NCBI GenBank assembly: GCA_030390025.1
Contig: CM059448.1
Coordinates: 11,904,001-11,968,000 of the forward strand
DNA: 64,000 nucleotides
Direction: 5' to 3'
Source: Squalus acanthias
Lineage: Eukaryota
Position numbers and translations under genes: made by a program. The notes below the pieces were generated by a model. The model was not told the origin of the DNA. It did not search any database and saw nothing but the letters and a program-made list of their open reading frames with translations. Each line of letters begins with the position of its first letter. Within the stretch, counting starts at the first letter, position 1. This document shows, one piece after another, positions 25,865-37,786 of the stretch.

Positions 25865-26250
25865 GCTGACTCTTCGTTTTAGTCTGATTCCATAGGTGCC
25901 AAATCACCCTGCGCTACCTCCTCCAAATGGCCGTTCTTCAAGCCTTTGCCTAAATAGTGAGATGACGCGCGTCGGCTATTAATCAGTGAGGGCACCCCTG
26001 CCACTTCCGATCCCATCCTCACAGATGTTCACACCTGCAGTTCCTGGGTAATGACCGGGATTAGGAATCCTGGATATTTTCCTCGGGGACATTGGGGTCA
26101 ATTCGAAGACCCTTTCCGCCGCTCCAGCTGAGATCAGTTAACGCAGAAATGCCCGTACCATTGCATCAGCTGGCTCAGCACAAATCGGATTAAACGTGGT
26201 ACATACCTGCTCGATACGATTCAGCTACTCTGCTTTAATGGCTGAGGCAT
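25865..26250 (-). mobile_element. tRNA-type SINE (family of 36068-36400)
   Basis: cagctgagatcagttaacgcag / gctggctcagcac is the reverse complement of gctgagttagctgat. Confidence 0.5.
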
Positions 26251-26741
26251 TTGTGGAAATTCAACCACTTATTCAAGTTGGTTTGCCATGTTTATAATTT
26301 TATCGAACTCCGAGTTAAGATCACTCTTTACTTCTCTCAGAGAAGGTGTTTAAAATTCTCACTGTGCAGAATTGAGTTATTATGGGATTTGTGCTTATAT
26401 TTGTAAATTTTCTCCTTTTTATGTGTGTTTAGCATATTTTGAAGGCATTATTTTCACAAAATATGTGTGCACATCTTATTTAAAACAGTTCATTATCACA
26501 TAGGAGAAGTGGGGGATATATAATGTGGTACAAACTCATTATTGCCTGGTAATCAACTGTTCATCATTTGTTAAACTTGCATTTGATTATTTATCTGTTA
26601 GTGTGGACATCACTGCACAGCATAGTGGATACATTTATCTCCCATTATGGCAATCGTTGGTGAACTGATGGGACGGGGGTGGGGGGGGGGGTGGAGAAAG
26701 AAACTGAATAAAACCGTCCTACCATTTTGCATTTTATACAC

Positions 26742-26890
26742 TACAGTGAAACCTGTATCAACGGACACGCCCAAAAAACGGACACTTATTGACGGTCCCA
26801 AATAACTTGCATTGAAACAGATACAAGCTGCACATCGAAACAGATACAAGCTGCACCTTGAAACAGCGGACACTTGCAAATTACGAACTG
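26742..26890 (+). mobile_element. Tigger/pogo-like left-end fragment
   Basis: TA|CAGTGAAACCTGTA, repeated (A)CGGACAC motifs and a tandem gaaacagatacaagctgcac; no right TIR found. Confidence 0.5.
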
Positions 26891-27266
26891 CGGACAGCCT
26901 TCAATGCAACCATTACATATCTTCTACTTTTGTCAAGAGGAAGTGTTTATAAAAAAACACTTTTGGCGTTTAAAACATTCCGACCACTAAGCTTTTGTGG
27001 TTTAATAAAAATGCTGTGGGCAGTGAGATCTCAATTTGTATGTCACTGATGACCACATAGTTTGCGATATACCACAGTATATAACAGACTTGAAAGCTAA
27101 AGATCATTTTTCCTACTGATGTTTGATGTAGTCAGAGAGCTGTCTTGAGTGGTTGAGTGTTTCTGATGGTGTTGGACGAATTGCTGTGCTACTCTTTAGT
27201 TTTAAACTCACCAGATCAGTTTTTTTAAATGAAGATTTCCATTTCACAATTTGTGTGCCTGTGCAG

Positions 27267-27397
27267 GAATGATGCCAATGCAACAGCAGCAGCAACAGCA
27301 GGGATTTCCCATGGTACCTGTGATGCAGCCCAACATGCAAGGCATGATGGGAATGAATTTTGGTTCCCAGATGCCTCCTGGAGCAATACCTATGCAG
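27267..27397 (+). CDS. SYNRG: Synergin gamma exon 3
   Basis: GMMPMQQQQQQQGFPMVPVMQPNMQGMMGMNFGSQMPPGAIPMQ; ag/gt flanks; phase 1 to 0. Confidence 0.95.
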
Positions 27398-28348
27398 GTA
27401 ATTCAGTGATGAAAATTTGACCTGTCCACAAAATTTACCCCTCTTTGTCAAATATGGCATTTTGAATAGCTGCATTAATGTACACAATCAAGTGTGTTGG
27501 AACGGTGGGACACAGGGTACAATTTCCTTCATAGATGGAGTTCCCAATCTCTGCTGTGCAAATGTGAGGAGCTGCTGAGATCTGGCACTCATTTTTGCCC
27601 CCAGAGAGGGCAAAATCAGAGGGAGACTCAATCTCGAGCAGCAATTGCACAACCCAGAAGGCTGTATGAAAGTCACCTGCTCGCCCTCTAAGCTGTGAAT
27701 TGCACACGGAGACCAAGAAGTTATAGGGGAGCAGACGCTCCTTGCCCCGACAGAAAAATTGTGGGGGGAAGGGGGGAAGAAAGAAATGTGTGCTAAAGAA
27801 ACATATTTTTGCCAAATGCTTTATCTCTTCACACCCCACCCCACCCCACAAGCCAGGGAAAGTCACCATGACATTTTATAGCTTTAGATTTGTTGATGCG
27901 ACAGTTCCACCCCATGCTGTGTGAGATACTGTTGAACCTTAGCCCTAGGGCAGAGTACTTGTATTTATTTATTGTCGCATATGATTTAAATGCATTATCA
28001 AAATGAACACAGTACTCGTTAGTTGATGGGCACTGTGCAAATGGAATGTTTATTTAAAGGGTACACTTGGATATCAATCGATTTCCCATATATTATAGAA
28101 TGTTTGCTTAATTATTAACCACTCACTCAAGGGAGTATTGGGCTACCATGGTGATGTTTCTAGCACAAGACGTTTATTATGCAGCCTTATTGAACAAGGC
28201 GTAGAGGGTACACAGGAGATGAGCAGGTTCTGTACATGGATCGAAATGGCAAGGCAAGCAAGTTGGATTGATTGATGCTTTTCATTCCTGTTATGCTCAT
28301 TCAGAGGTACTATTTTAATGATCTATTTTAACCTTTTATTCCCTTTAG

Positions 28349-28479
28349 GGTGGAATGGCAATGGGACCAATGCCACCAGCTGGAATGCAATTTATGCCAC
28401 AGCATCATTACATGGGGATGCGTCCTTCTCCGCCACAATACACACCAGATATGCAAAAGCAGTTTGCTGAAGAGCAACA
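28349..28479 (+). CDS. SYNRG: Synergin gamma exon 4
   Basis: GGMAMGPMPPAGMQFMPQHHYMGMRPSPPQYTPDMQKQFAEEQQ; phase 0 to 2. Confidence 0.95.
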
Positions 28480-29142
28480 GTAAGATGGTTTTCTGATTCT
28501 GAATTGATTTGGAATGCTTTGGAGTGATTACATAACTTATTGTCTTTCCTTTTTTTAAAAAAAACCCAAAGCTGTAGTTTTGGTCAAGTTAAGTAGTGGA
28601 AGTGATTCTGCAGGGGTGCGAATATTGAACAAAGGTCAGCAGGTCTCGAGCCTACAAATTCTTATCTTGAGAGTTCCTGACTTTGCCTAAACCCAGCAAA
28701 CATAAACCTGGCAGCAGAGCTGTAAAAGTATTTCACGAAGTCATCTGTTTTATTGCAGTAATGTAAATAGTTAAATTTTTCTTCAACTCCCTGGGTGGTT
28801 ATTTGTGTCTCGTCCCACTCCCCAGTGCATGCTTAAATATTATCAATAGTGAGTAATATGTATTAAGAGAATTTCATTCCTGTTTGTGCTCTCCAAATGT
28901 ATACTGTATGCAAAGGATAATAAAGCGGTGAGAAATTCTAGATCTTTTGTTGAAAAATTTGCATTGAAATGAATGGCTTTTTGAGAAGGCAGGCCAAATA
29001 GTTTGTTTGGATAGTTGTTTCGGATAGTTGTATTATTTAGTGAAGAATGAGTAATAGGTTAGTCCAGAGATGGTTGTAAGCATGTGAATATTACAGTAAT
29101 CACGCACTGATATTTAGTCTTTGATTACTTCTGTTTCTCCAG

Positions 29143-29248
29143 GAAACGATTTGAACAGCAGCAAAAGATGATGGAAGAGGAACGGAAGCGCCGACAGTTT
29201 GAAGAGCAAAAGCAGAAGCTACGTCTTCTGAGCAGTGTAAAGCCGAAG
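29143..29248 (+). CDS. SYNRG: Synergin gamma exon 5 (coiled coil)
   Basis: KRFEQQQKMMEEERKRRQFEEQKQKLRLLSSVKPK, near-identical to recalled human sequence; phase 2 to 0. Confidence 0.97.
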
Positions 29249-29496
29249 GTATTCCTCAGCGGCACCATAGATGTGCTTTTGTTACAGGTGGTTCATTTTA
29301 TTTGTTGGCACAGAAAGTCCTCAAGTTTCAGAATAGGCACTTTTTTGGGGTGGGACTCAAGGCTATTTGCTAATAAGTCAAAGCTGCTTATTTTAATACA
29401 ATAGCAAAATACTGTGGATGCTGGAAATCCGAAATAACAACAGAAAATGCTGGAAAAACTCAGCAGGCCAGGCAGCATCTGTGGAGAGAGAAACAG

Positions 29497-29533
29497 AGTT
29501 AACGTTTCAGGTTGAAGACCTTTCGTCAGAACT
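29497..29533 (-). ncRNA. Minimal type-I hammerhead ribozyme motif (antisense)
   Basis: Minus strand reads AGTT-CTGACGA-A-AGGTc ttc aACCT-GAAA-CG-TT-AACT. Confidence 0.7.
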
Positions 29534-29823
29534 GGAAAAAAGCAGGAAATGGAATAGATTTTAAAGCAGGTTATGGGGTGGGGAAATGGGGGTGGGGATG
29601 AAAGAACAAAAGATAGAAAGCAGGAGAGATTGAGAGACATTGAGAGATATTAAGACAACCTGTCACATTACCACCTCCTCTTGTCTTGAATATCTCTTAA
29701 TGTCTCTCAATCTCTCCTGCTTTCTATCCTATCACTGACCTTCCCTTTTGTTCTTTCATCCTCTCCCCCATTTCCCCGCCCCTAAACCTGCTTTAAAATC
29801 TATTCCATTTCCTGCCTTTTTCC

Positions 29824-29860
29824 AGTTCTGATGAAAGGTCTTCGACCTGAAACGTTAACT
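29824..29860 (+). ncRNA. Minimal type-I hammerhead ribozyme motif (sense to SYNRG)
   Basis: AGTT-CTGATGA-A-AGGTC ttc GACCT-GAAA-CG-TT-AACT: catalytic boxes, 5-bp stem II, stem I AGTT/AACT and palindromic AACGTT at stem III. Confidence 0.75.
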
Positions 29861-30164
29861 CTGTTTCTCTCTCCACGGATGCTGCCTGGCCTGCTGAGTT
29901 TTTCCAGCGTTTTCTGTTGTTATTTCTGCTTATTTTAACCTGGATTAACTAATCGGTGAGACTATGTTCTGAATGCCATGTGTAATTTGGGGCTCCTTTC
30001 CTTCAAAAGAAGTCTGTTAGATTGGTTAGAGTTCAGAGAAGAGGGATGTGAATGAAGAGAGACTCTGAACCAAACTTGATTTCCTTGAAGAGAAGAAGAT
30101 TGTTAAGATCTTCAAAAATGAAAGAGAATGGCCTGATGGCTTAACTAGTTTAATCAGTGAATCC

Positions 30165-30480
30165 AGGTCAGGAAGGGGCCAGGTTTTGTACCCAGTCTCT
30201 GCTAACTTAACTGATCTCTGCAGGGGTGATGATAGGGTTGGTACACTTAGCCACAACATTGCTGGGTTAGCAGGTAGAAAATTGGGCAAGGTTCCTAATC
30301 CTGATTAACAATAGCAACCCTGGCTGGAAGTGTGTGTGAATATCGGGCGAGCACAGGATCGAGCTTGGCTGTAATGCTAACCATTGTTATATAGCTTGCA
30401 TCACCCTTTGTCGAAGCTTGCACGCAAATTAATCATTTGGGTGCGTGCTCACGAATAAAGAACCAACAACTTCAAGAGCA
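30165..30480 (+). mobile_element. Degraded tRNA-type SINE (family of 36068-36400)
   Basis: caggaagggg..cccagtctctgctaacttaactgatctc..gttcctaatcctgat. Confidence 0.5.
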
Positions 30481-30511
30481 AAATTAGGAAAAATTGAAAT
30501 TTATAAATAAT

Positions 30512-32924
30512 GGCCTGGATTTTGCAGTCAGCAGCGAACGAACGGCGCTAATTGTTCATTACAATTGCAGTTGACCACAGACTTCCTATGGGCTTTTGCA
30601 CTAGAACCTGCGGTGATTAGAGAGCCTAAACAGCGTGGTACCCTCTACAGGGGATCTAGGACCTGTGTGAACAGGGCAAGCAACTGTGTGTCCTCTTAAC
30701 CAATCAGATTGAAGAATCCTTACTGAGCCTAGTTAATTCAATGCCAAATCATGTACAGAAAGTGAAATAAAGAGGGAGAAAGAAAGATGCGATTTAAGAG
30801 AGAGTTAAAGGAGACGGAAAGAAAAAGTAAAAAAAAAATTAGAATTTTTAAAAAATCTCCAAAAATAATTAAAATTTGAAGGAACGAGACTCCACACTGT
30901 AAAAGTAAATTTTCAGTCCCAGAGCAGTTGTTTGGCAGTAATTAAGACTTATCACACCGTTAAAAGTTCACTTGCACTTGAATGGACAAGCCCTAACTTT
31001 ATCTGGCATGTTTAGTGGGTATCTAGTGGGTAAGTACCGCAACTTAGAAAACATAGAAAAATAGGAGCAGGAGTAGGCCATTCGGCCCTTCGAGCCTGCT
31101 CCACCATTCAATATGATCATGGCTGATCCTCTATCTCAATATCATATTCCCGCGCTCTCCCCATACCCCTTGATGCCTTTTGTGTCTAGAAATCTATCTA
31201 TCTCTTTCTTAAATATATTCAGTGACTTGGCCTCCACAGCCTTCTGTGGTAGAGAATTCCACAGGTTCACCACCCTCTGAGTTAAGAAATTTCTCCTCAT
31301 CTCAGTCCTAAATGTCCTACCCCATATCCTGAGACTGTGACCCCTCGTTCTAGACCCCCCAGCCAGGGGAAACATCCTCCCTGCACCCAGTCTGTCTAGC
31401 CCTGTCAGAATTTTATGTTTCAATGAGATCCCCTCTCATTCTTCTAAACTTTAGTGAATACAGGCCTAGTCGAACCAATCTCTCCTCATACGACAGTCCT
31501 GCCATCCCAGGAATCAGTCTGGTGAACCTTCGCTGCACTCCCTCTATGGCAAGTATATCCTTTCTTAGGTAAGGAGACCAAAACTGCGCACACTACTCCA
31601 GGTGTGGTCTCACCAAGGCCCTGTACAACTGTAGTAAGACATCCTTGCTCCTGTACTCAAATCCTCTTGCAATGAAGGCCAACATACCATTTGCCTTCCT
31701 AACTGCTTGCTGCACCTGCATGTTTGCTTTCAGTGACTGGTGTACAAGGACACCCAGGTCCTTTTGTACATCAGCATTTCCCAATCTAGCACCATTTAAA
31801 TAATACTCTACCTTTCTGTTTTTCCTACTGAAGTGGATAACTTCACGTTTATCCACGTTATACTGCATCTGCCATGTATTTGCCCACTCACTCAATTTGT
31901 CTAAATCGCCTTGAAGCCTCTTTGCATCCTCCTCACAACTCACAATCCCACCTAGTTTTGTGTCGTCAGCAAACTTGGAAATATTACATTTGGTTCCCTC
32001 ATTCAAATCATTGATATATATTGTGAATAGCTGGGGCCCAAGCACTGATCCCTGCGGTACCCCACTAGTCACCGCCTGCCACCCTGAAAAAGACCCATTT
32101 ATTCCTACACTCTGTTTCCTGTCTGTTAACCAATTTTCAATCCATGCCAGTATATTACCTCCAATCCTATGTGCTTTAATTTTGCACACTGACCTCTTAT
32201 GTGGGACTTTATCAAAGGCCTTCTGAAAATCCAAATACACCACATCCACTGGTTCTCCCTTATCTATTCTACCAGTTACATCCTCAAAAAAACTCCAGTA
32301 GGTTTGTCAAACACGATTTCCTTTTCATAAATCCATGTTGACTTTGTCTAATCCCGTTGATATATTTTCTAAGTGTCCCGTTATCACATCCTTTATAATA
32401 GACTCTAGCATTTTCCCTACTACTGATGTTAGGCTAAACGGTCTGTAGTTCCCGGTTTTCTCTCTCCCTCCTTTTTTAAATAGTGGGGTTACATTTGCCA
32501 CCCTCCAATCTGCTGGAACTGTTCCATAATCTATAGAATTTTGGAAGATGACAACCAATGCATCCATATGGCTACCTCTTTTAGTACTCTGGGATGCAGA
32601 TTATCAGGCCCTGGGGATTTATCAGCTTTCAGTCCCATTAATTTCTCCAGCACTTTTTTTACCAATACTAATTTCCTTTAATTCCTCCTTCTCCCTAGCC
32701 CCTTGGTTCCCTCGCATTTCTTCAAACTTCATATCCTTTATGTGTTTGAATGCCGAGCCACTTGGCGCGATACTGTTCTAGCGAAGCTTCTAGAGGAGCA
32801 GGGCAACTCGGACAGCAATATGCAACTGCTCATGTGCCGTTGTCGGAAGTTGCTGTCCGATTTACTCCTGAATAACGGTGAGCACTGATATCCTCACCGT
32901 TATTTTTACCGCAAAATCTGGGTC
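30512..32924. mobile_element. PIF/Harbinger-like non-autonomous element, split by a CR1
   Basis: Imperfect TIR GGCCTGGATTTTGCAGT / ACCGCAAAATCTGGGTC; 3-bp AAT duplication at 30509-30511 and 32925-32927. Confidence 0.7.
31046..32724 (-). mobile_element. 5'-truncated CR1 LINE (RT pseudogene)
   Basis: [30 protein letters not shown] and RRNFLTQRVVNLWNSLP; broken frames; AACTT on both flanks. Confidence 0.95.
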
Positions 32925-33155
32925 AATGTAGATATAAGCAGGTTTTTAACGAAGACTGTGGTTCCAAAGTTAGAGTACATGCATACAGAATTAACGAGCT
33001 AATTTTTGATAATTGAGTTTTGCACAAATTAGAAGATTTTATTTTCACACTGAATAGTGCATATGTTCAGCAGATACCCAACAAAACCAATTAATGCTGT
33101 CTTCATCAATTACTTTTTAAAAGAAAACTTGGATGGCTATCTTTTCCAGAACAGA

Positions 33156-33686
33156 GTTCTGAGGAAGGATGTTCTTGCCATGGAAGGAGTTCAGCGAAGA
33201 TTCACAAGGCTGATACCTGGGATGGCAGGAATGACATATGAGGAGAGATTGGGTCGATTGGGCTTATACTCACTGGAGTATAGAAGAATGAGAGGGGATC
33301 TCATCGAAACATAAAATATTCTGACAGGTCTGGACAACCTAGATGCAGGAAGAATGTTCCTGATGGTCGGAGAGTCCAGAACCAGGGGTCATAATCTAAG
33401 GATAAGGGGTAAGCCATTTAGGACAGAAATGAGGAGGAATTTCTTCACCCAGAGAGTGGTGAACCTGTGGAATTCTCTACCACAGAAGGTAGTTGAGGCC
33501 AAGTCATTAAATATATTCAAGAATGAGTTAGATATATTTCTTAAAGCTAAAGGTATCAAGGGATATGGGGAGAAGGCAGGTACAGGGTACTGAGTTTGGA
33601 TGATCAGCCATGATCTCATTGAATGGCGGAGCAGGCTCGAGGGGCCGACTGGCCTACTCCTGCTCCTATCTTCTATGTGTCTATGC
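33156..33686 (+). mobile_element. CR1 LINE 3' fragment
   Basis: LRKDVLAMEGVQRRFTRLIPG...RRNFFTQRVVNLWNSLP, followed by the CR1 3' UTR and ctatg tail. Confidence 0.92.
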
Positions 33687-33880
33687 TAAGGTTATAAGGA
33701 TAGGCAGATTATCTAATTGGCACAAAACACAGTGGATTTTGTGTTTATGGAACCATGGATAAGTGTAGAATGCAACTGGTCGGAGTTGAATAGTGTATGT
33801 TGTAAAGTTGGATTAATAAATAGCCTGAGGTGCTTTTTTTTCCTAATGAGCTTTGTGAGTTGGTGGAGAGATATTGGAGG

Positions 33881-34425
33881 TATGAACATAAGGGCAATGA
33901 CGGACAGATAAAGAGCCTTTGGTCCATCCAACCTGTCCCACACAAATATGATGCCTCGTGTATTACAATATATGCACTCTCCACCCCATCCAAAGCCATG
34001 TGATCTCCTTGGTATGGCAAACAAACTAGATAAAAACCCAGGCCAATTTGGGGGGGAAAAAATCTGGGAAATTCCTCTCCGACCCATCTAGGCGATCGAA
34101 ACTAGTCCAGGAGATCACTCTGGCTCTGAATTTCCTGAAGTACCTACCTTCTGTAAGAGGTGATGTCCGCCCCAACCAGAAACCGGGTCCAGCTCTCTCA
34201 CTTGAAGGAATTCAGTGAATCGTCGTCCACCGCACGAGACGGCAGCCTGTTCCAGAGGTCCACTATTCTCTGGGAAAAGAACCACCTCCTGACACCTAAC
34301 CTAGATCTGGCCTTACACAACTGAAAATCATGACCCCAGTCCTCCCTAATCTATTTAATTGGAACAAACTGTCAACTGGAACACAATCTGTTCCCTTCGT
34401 CATCTTATAAACCTCAATCAGATCC
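33881..34425 (-). mobile_element. CR1-type LINE 3' fragment (second subfamily, long 3' UTR)
   Basis: Minus strand reads RRWFFSQRIVDLWNRLP; the UTR is shared with 60471-60760. Confidence 0.75.
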
Positions 34426-35166
34426 TTTGTACCCTTGACTTGATTCACCAGCCAGGCGATTGGATGAATCCATGATGAGAGAAATTGTACATAATTTTTA
34501 AAGGATTGTGATTTTATATTTGTTTTGTTTTATATACTTTTGAGGTTATTTAAATGCTTCTTGACTTTCCCTGTTATGCTGGTCTCTCTACTCTGCATTG
34601 TCTAATCCTTGGTGGGCAAGCTTCTCTGCCAGTGAAGCTATGAAATCAGCTGCTGAGAGGTGTGAGAGAACAGCCCTAACTAATCTTCCTGTCTCTGTGG
34701 GGACACCTGCTTACCACCCCTCCACACTGGCATGGCTGAAAGTAGGTGCTTTTTTAACTTCACAAAATAGAGGAAAATACGAGTAGCTTTCCTTCCCCAC
34801 CCCTTGTACTGTTAAGGAAGAGGTTAATCTGTTTCCAGGCCTCTACAGTTTACCTGGCAGGTGCAGATGTGGGTTGCCTCATCCTTGTGTGTTTTTTTTT
34901 CTGTTGTTACACCCTCTCCCTCTGGGAAAGTGTTTCGCATCTGCTCATTTTCTGTCAGAACATAGGCAAAAAAAAAAACTAGAACTGCAGGGGTATAAAT
35001 AATAGAAGCACATTTTATATGAAGTGCTTTCATTTTTTTTTCCTCTTTAATTAGGATAAGTGTAATGGCATTTCTCTTTCAAAAACAAACCAGCTCCTAG
35101 CTATAATATCACTTCTTCATGTTATTTAATATTAATTCACTGGTTTCTGTCGCATTCTGGTTTCAG

Positions 35167-35278
35167 ATGGGGGAAAAGAACCGAGATGACGCCTTGGAAG
35201 CCATTAAAGGAAACCTTGCTGGATTCACAAGGGATGCAAAGATGCACCCAGGCCCCACTTCACATCCCAGTAAATCAG
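35167..35278 (+). CDS. SYNRG: Synergin gamma exon 6
   Basis: MGEKNRDDALEAIKGNLAGFTRDAKMHPGPTSHPSKS; phase 0 to 1. Confidence 0.96.
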
Positions 35279-36067
35279 GTAACAGTACTCCCTTAAACGA
35301 ATAAAGCTTACTGTAATAGCAAATGACTGGCACACTTACAAGTTTCTAGAATCTCTAATTTGACAAGAAGATGCTCTTGTCCGTGATTTATGATGGAGAT
35401 AAACAAAGAGCTAAGCCAACCTTAAACACCACAGCCTTTCTCTTCCTTCCCCCACCACCCTGGCATGTTCAGCTGGTACTGAGTGGGAATCATTTTCTGC
35501 TACACATCAGTCTGCAATAAATGAACAGGGTGACGATCTCTGTTTTATTGCAGACCACCCCCTTACTGAATCTGCTTGTTGCTGGTTTGGATTGAGCGGG
35601 AATCTGTGCTTCCACTATTCCACCAGATGCAGAATGTTGGGTCTTCAACAGCGGAGGTGCAGGGCTCAAATTTTAAATAATGAGTAGCAGATATTTATCG
35701 GCCTGTGCTTTGGGAGGGCAATGGGGAAGCACTGAAAGTTCCCTCTACATTACAATTCTCTAAGCTGTGAGGAAAATTTGGTTTTTGATTTACAGCAGCT
35801 CTATAAACAGAAAATTGGAATTTTGTGTGCCATTGGCAATGGAACTTCAATTTGATTTCATCGCTGCAGGCTGAAAAATGTTGGAGATGTATTTTGAGAA
35901 TATGGACTTCAAGCTTTTTGTGTCCCCCATAACCCTGCACCATTATCCAAATCCAGAGGCCTTTCTCAATGGTGCTGTGCAACCTACTATTGGGAGGCAT
36001 GGTTTCCTGACTTAATCTATATCAGCAAAGCCTCTGCCACCCCCCCCCAAACAAAGAAAGGATGTCT

Positions 36068-36400
36068 TGATGACTCAGTTGATAAATTCAATGTTTGATG
36101 TAGTACTGAGCCACATAGGTTAGGAAGGCCCCATGTTTGATCCCTGGTCTGCGCTGAGTTAGCTGATTTCAACCGGGTGGCAATGGGAGCACCAAACTTG
36201 GGCTCAGCAATCCTGGCTAGAGAGGGACAGAAAATCAGTCTGTGTTCTTACTCCTGAATGTGTGTGGGGCATGAGGCGAGCTCAGAATCAATGAATGCGA
36301 TGCTCCCCACCCATAGTCAACCAGTTTGTCAACACGTGTCCAGGTACTTGAAGGATGATCCATGGATCTCTATCCCAGCATGCGTCACTTCCTTGAAGGG
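36068..36400 (+). mobile_element. tRNA-type SINE
   Basis: tgactcagttg...tttgatccctggtctgcgctgagttagctgat; related copies at 25.9, 30.2, 45.7 and 53.6 kb. Confidence 0.6.
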
Positions 36401-37786
36401 GCAAAAGGAGAAAAGTGGGGGTGGGGGAGGGTAATCTGGTCTAGTATGGTTGAGATTTAGGAGCTTGCTGTGTTTGTTGTCGAAGTGAAGCTGCATCTTA
36501 CTTTGTTGGGGTGCAGTGCGTTGGAACGCCAGTGTGTTGCACCACCAGGCAGCTTGCCAGTCTTTGTAAAATTACATTTTCCATGCAGTTTATAATTTTA
36601 CAGTACTGGACACAGACCAGCCTATAATGCAAATTTCAAATACTGTAAAACCAACCTCCTTTACTCCTGGTAATATGACCTCTTGTGTTAGAACAATAAT
36701 CCCGTTTGTTTGACTCTCTTTACCTAAGGCGCCTAACCTTGATGCCAATGTCTTGCGCTGTTGAAGTGGCTGTAACGTCCTGTACGAGATATCTTGTATG
36801 AACTTACGGTGTTGCTACGTCGTGATTAATTCCTGAATTTAATTGAATGGTGTTTTTTTAACATTAAGATTGCAGTTATATGATTATTAATAAATGTGGA
36901 AAACTAACATGCTATTTTATCATGCTGTGGTTGCATCTAATCTGTTCTAACAGCATGGCTCCGAGTTCCTTAATAAGGCACTCGGGAATATGATTTGTGC
37001 TTTTTCATGTGTTAAGAATACTAACAAGTTTACACAAACCCTTTGGCTTCCCTGCAATCTTGGCTGCATTTCATATGACTCTGGGGAGGGAGGAGCTGTA
37101 ATCACAATTAGAACCAGCTGCCTTCTTTGGAGGTTATTCCTGCCCTGGTACAGGTATGGTTAGCCGTTCCAGCACTTCAATAAAATGAGGAGCAGACCAG
37201 TTGGGGAGAAGCAGTAATCAGCTACTTTCTTAGTTTTAAGGAGTTCTGGCTGGAAGAAAAAAACTATAGATAGCCAAAAAATGTTCTCTTGTCTTTGAAT
37301 TTGTCATTATTTTTCTCCCATACTATTGCTGCTTAGAGGTTGTTTTACATTTTTATTCCAGTAATCTGCACCCAGGCCATGCTTCTTTTCCAGACCAATC
37401 CTATCATTTTAAATGAAATTATGTTCATAATGTACCCGCTGTGCAGATTTTTGCTCGGAATTATTCTGAATAGCCTGACAACATGGTGGTAATTTGCACC
37501 ATTCTAATTTTGTTCTGCTGCACTACCTTTCAATGTTGCAAATATGTACCCAATTTGTTTAATTGGTTCTCGTGTATATAGCGACTGGCAGGGGAGGAAT
37601 TGATGATTTTACATTCACCGTAAAAAAAATTGAGAAATTTAAATCAAACCAAAAATTAAGTAGCAGCTCCATGATCTATTCAGAAGAAAATGAACTCCAG
37701 GTAACAGTTTGATCTTTTCACAATGTTGAATACTCATCTCTCTCTTCCCTATGCATTCTGTTGCTGCTTCTAGCACTATGGAAATA

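Larger units (their letters stand above)
29397..29925. mobile_element. Penelope-like inverted pseudo-LTR insertion with 13-bp TSD
   Basis: Arms 29431-29658 and 29681-29926 are reverse complements; CTGCTTATTTTAA at 29384-29396 and 29926-29938. Confidence 0.9.

Noticed and set aside
37362-37490. Open frame after a ttattccag acceptor in intron 6
   Set aside because: Unrecognisable hydrophobic peptide, poor donor and no supporting evidence.
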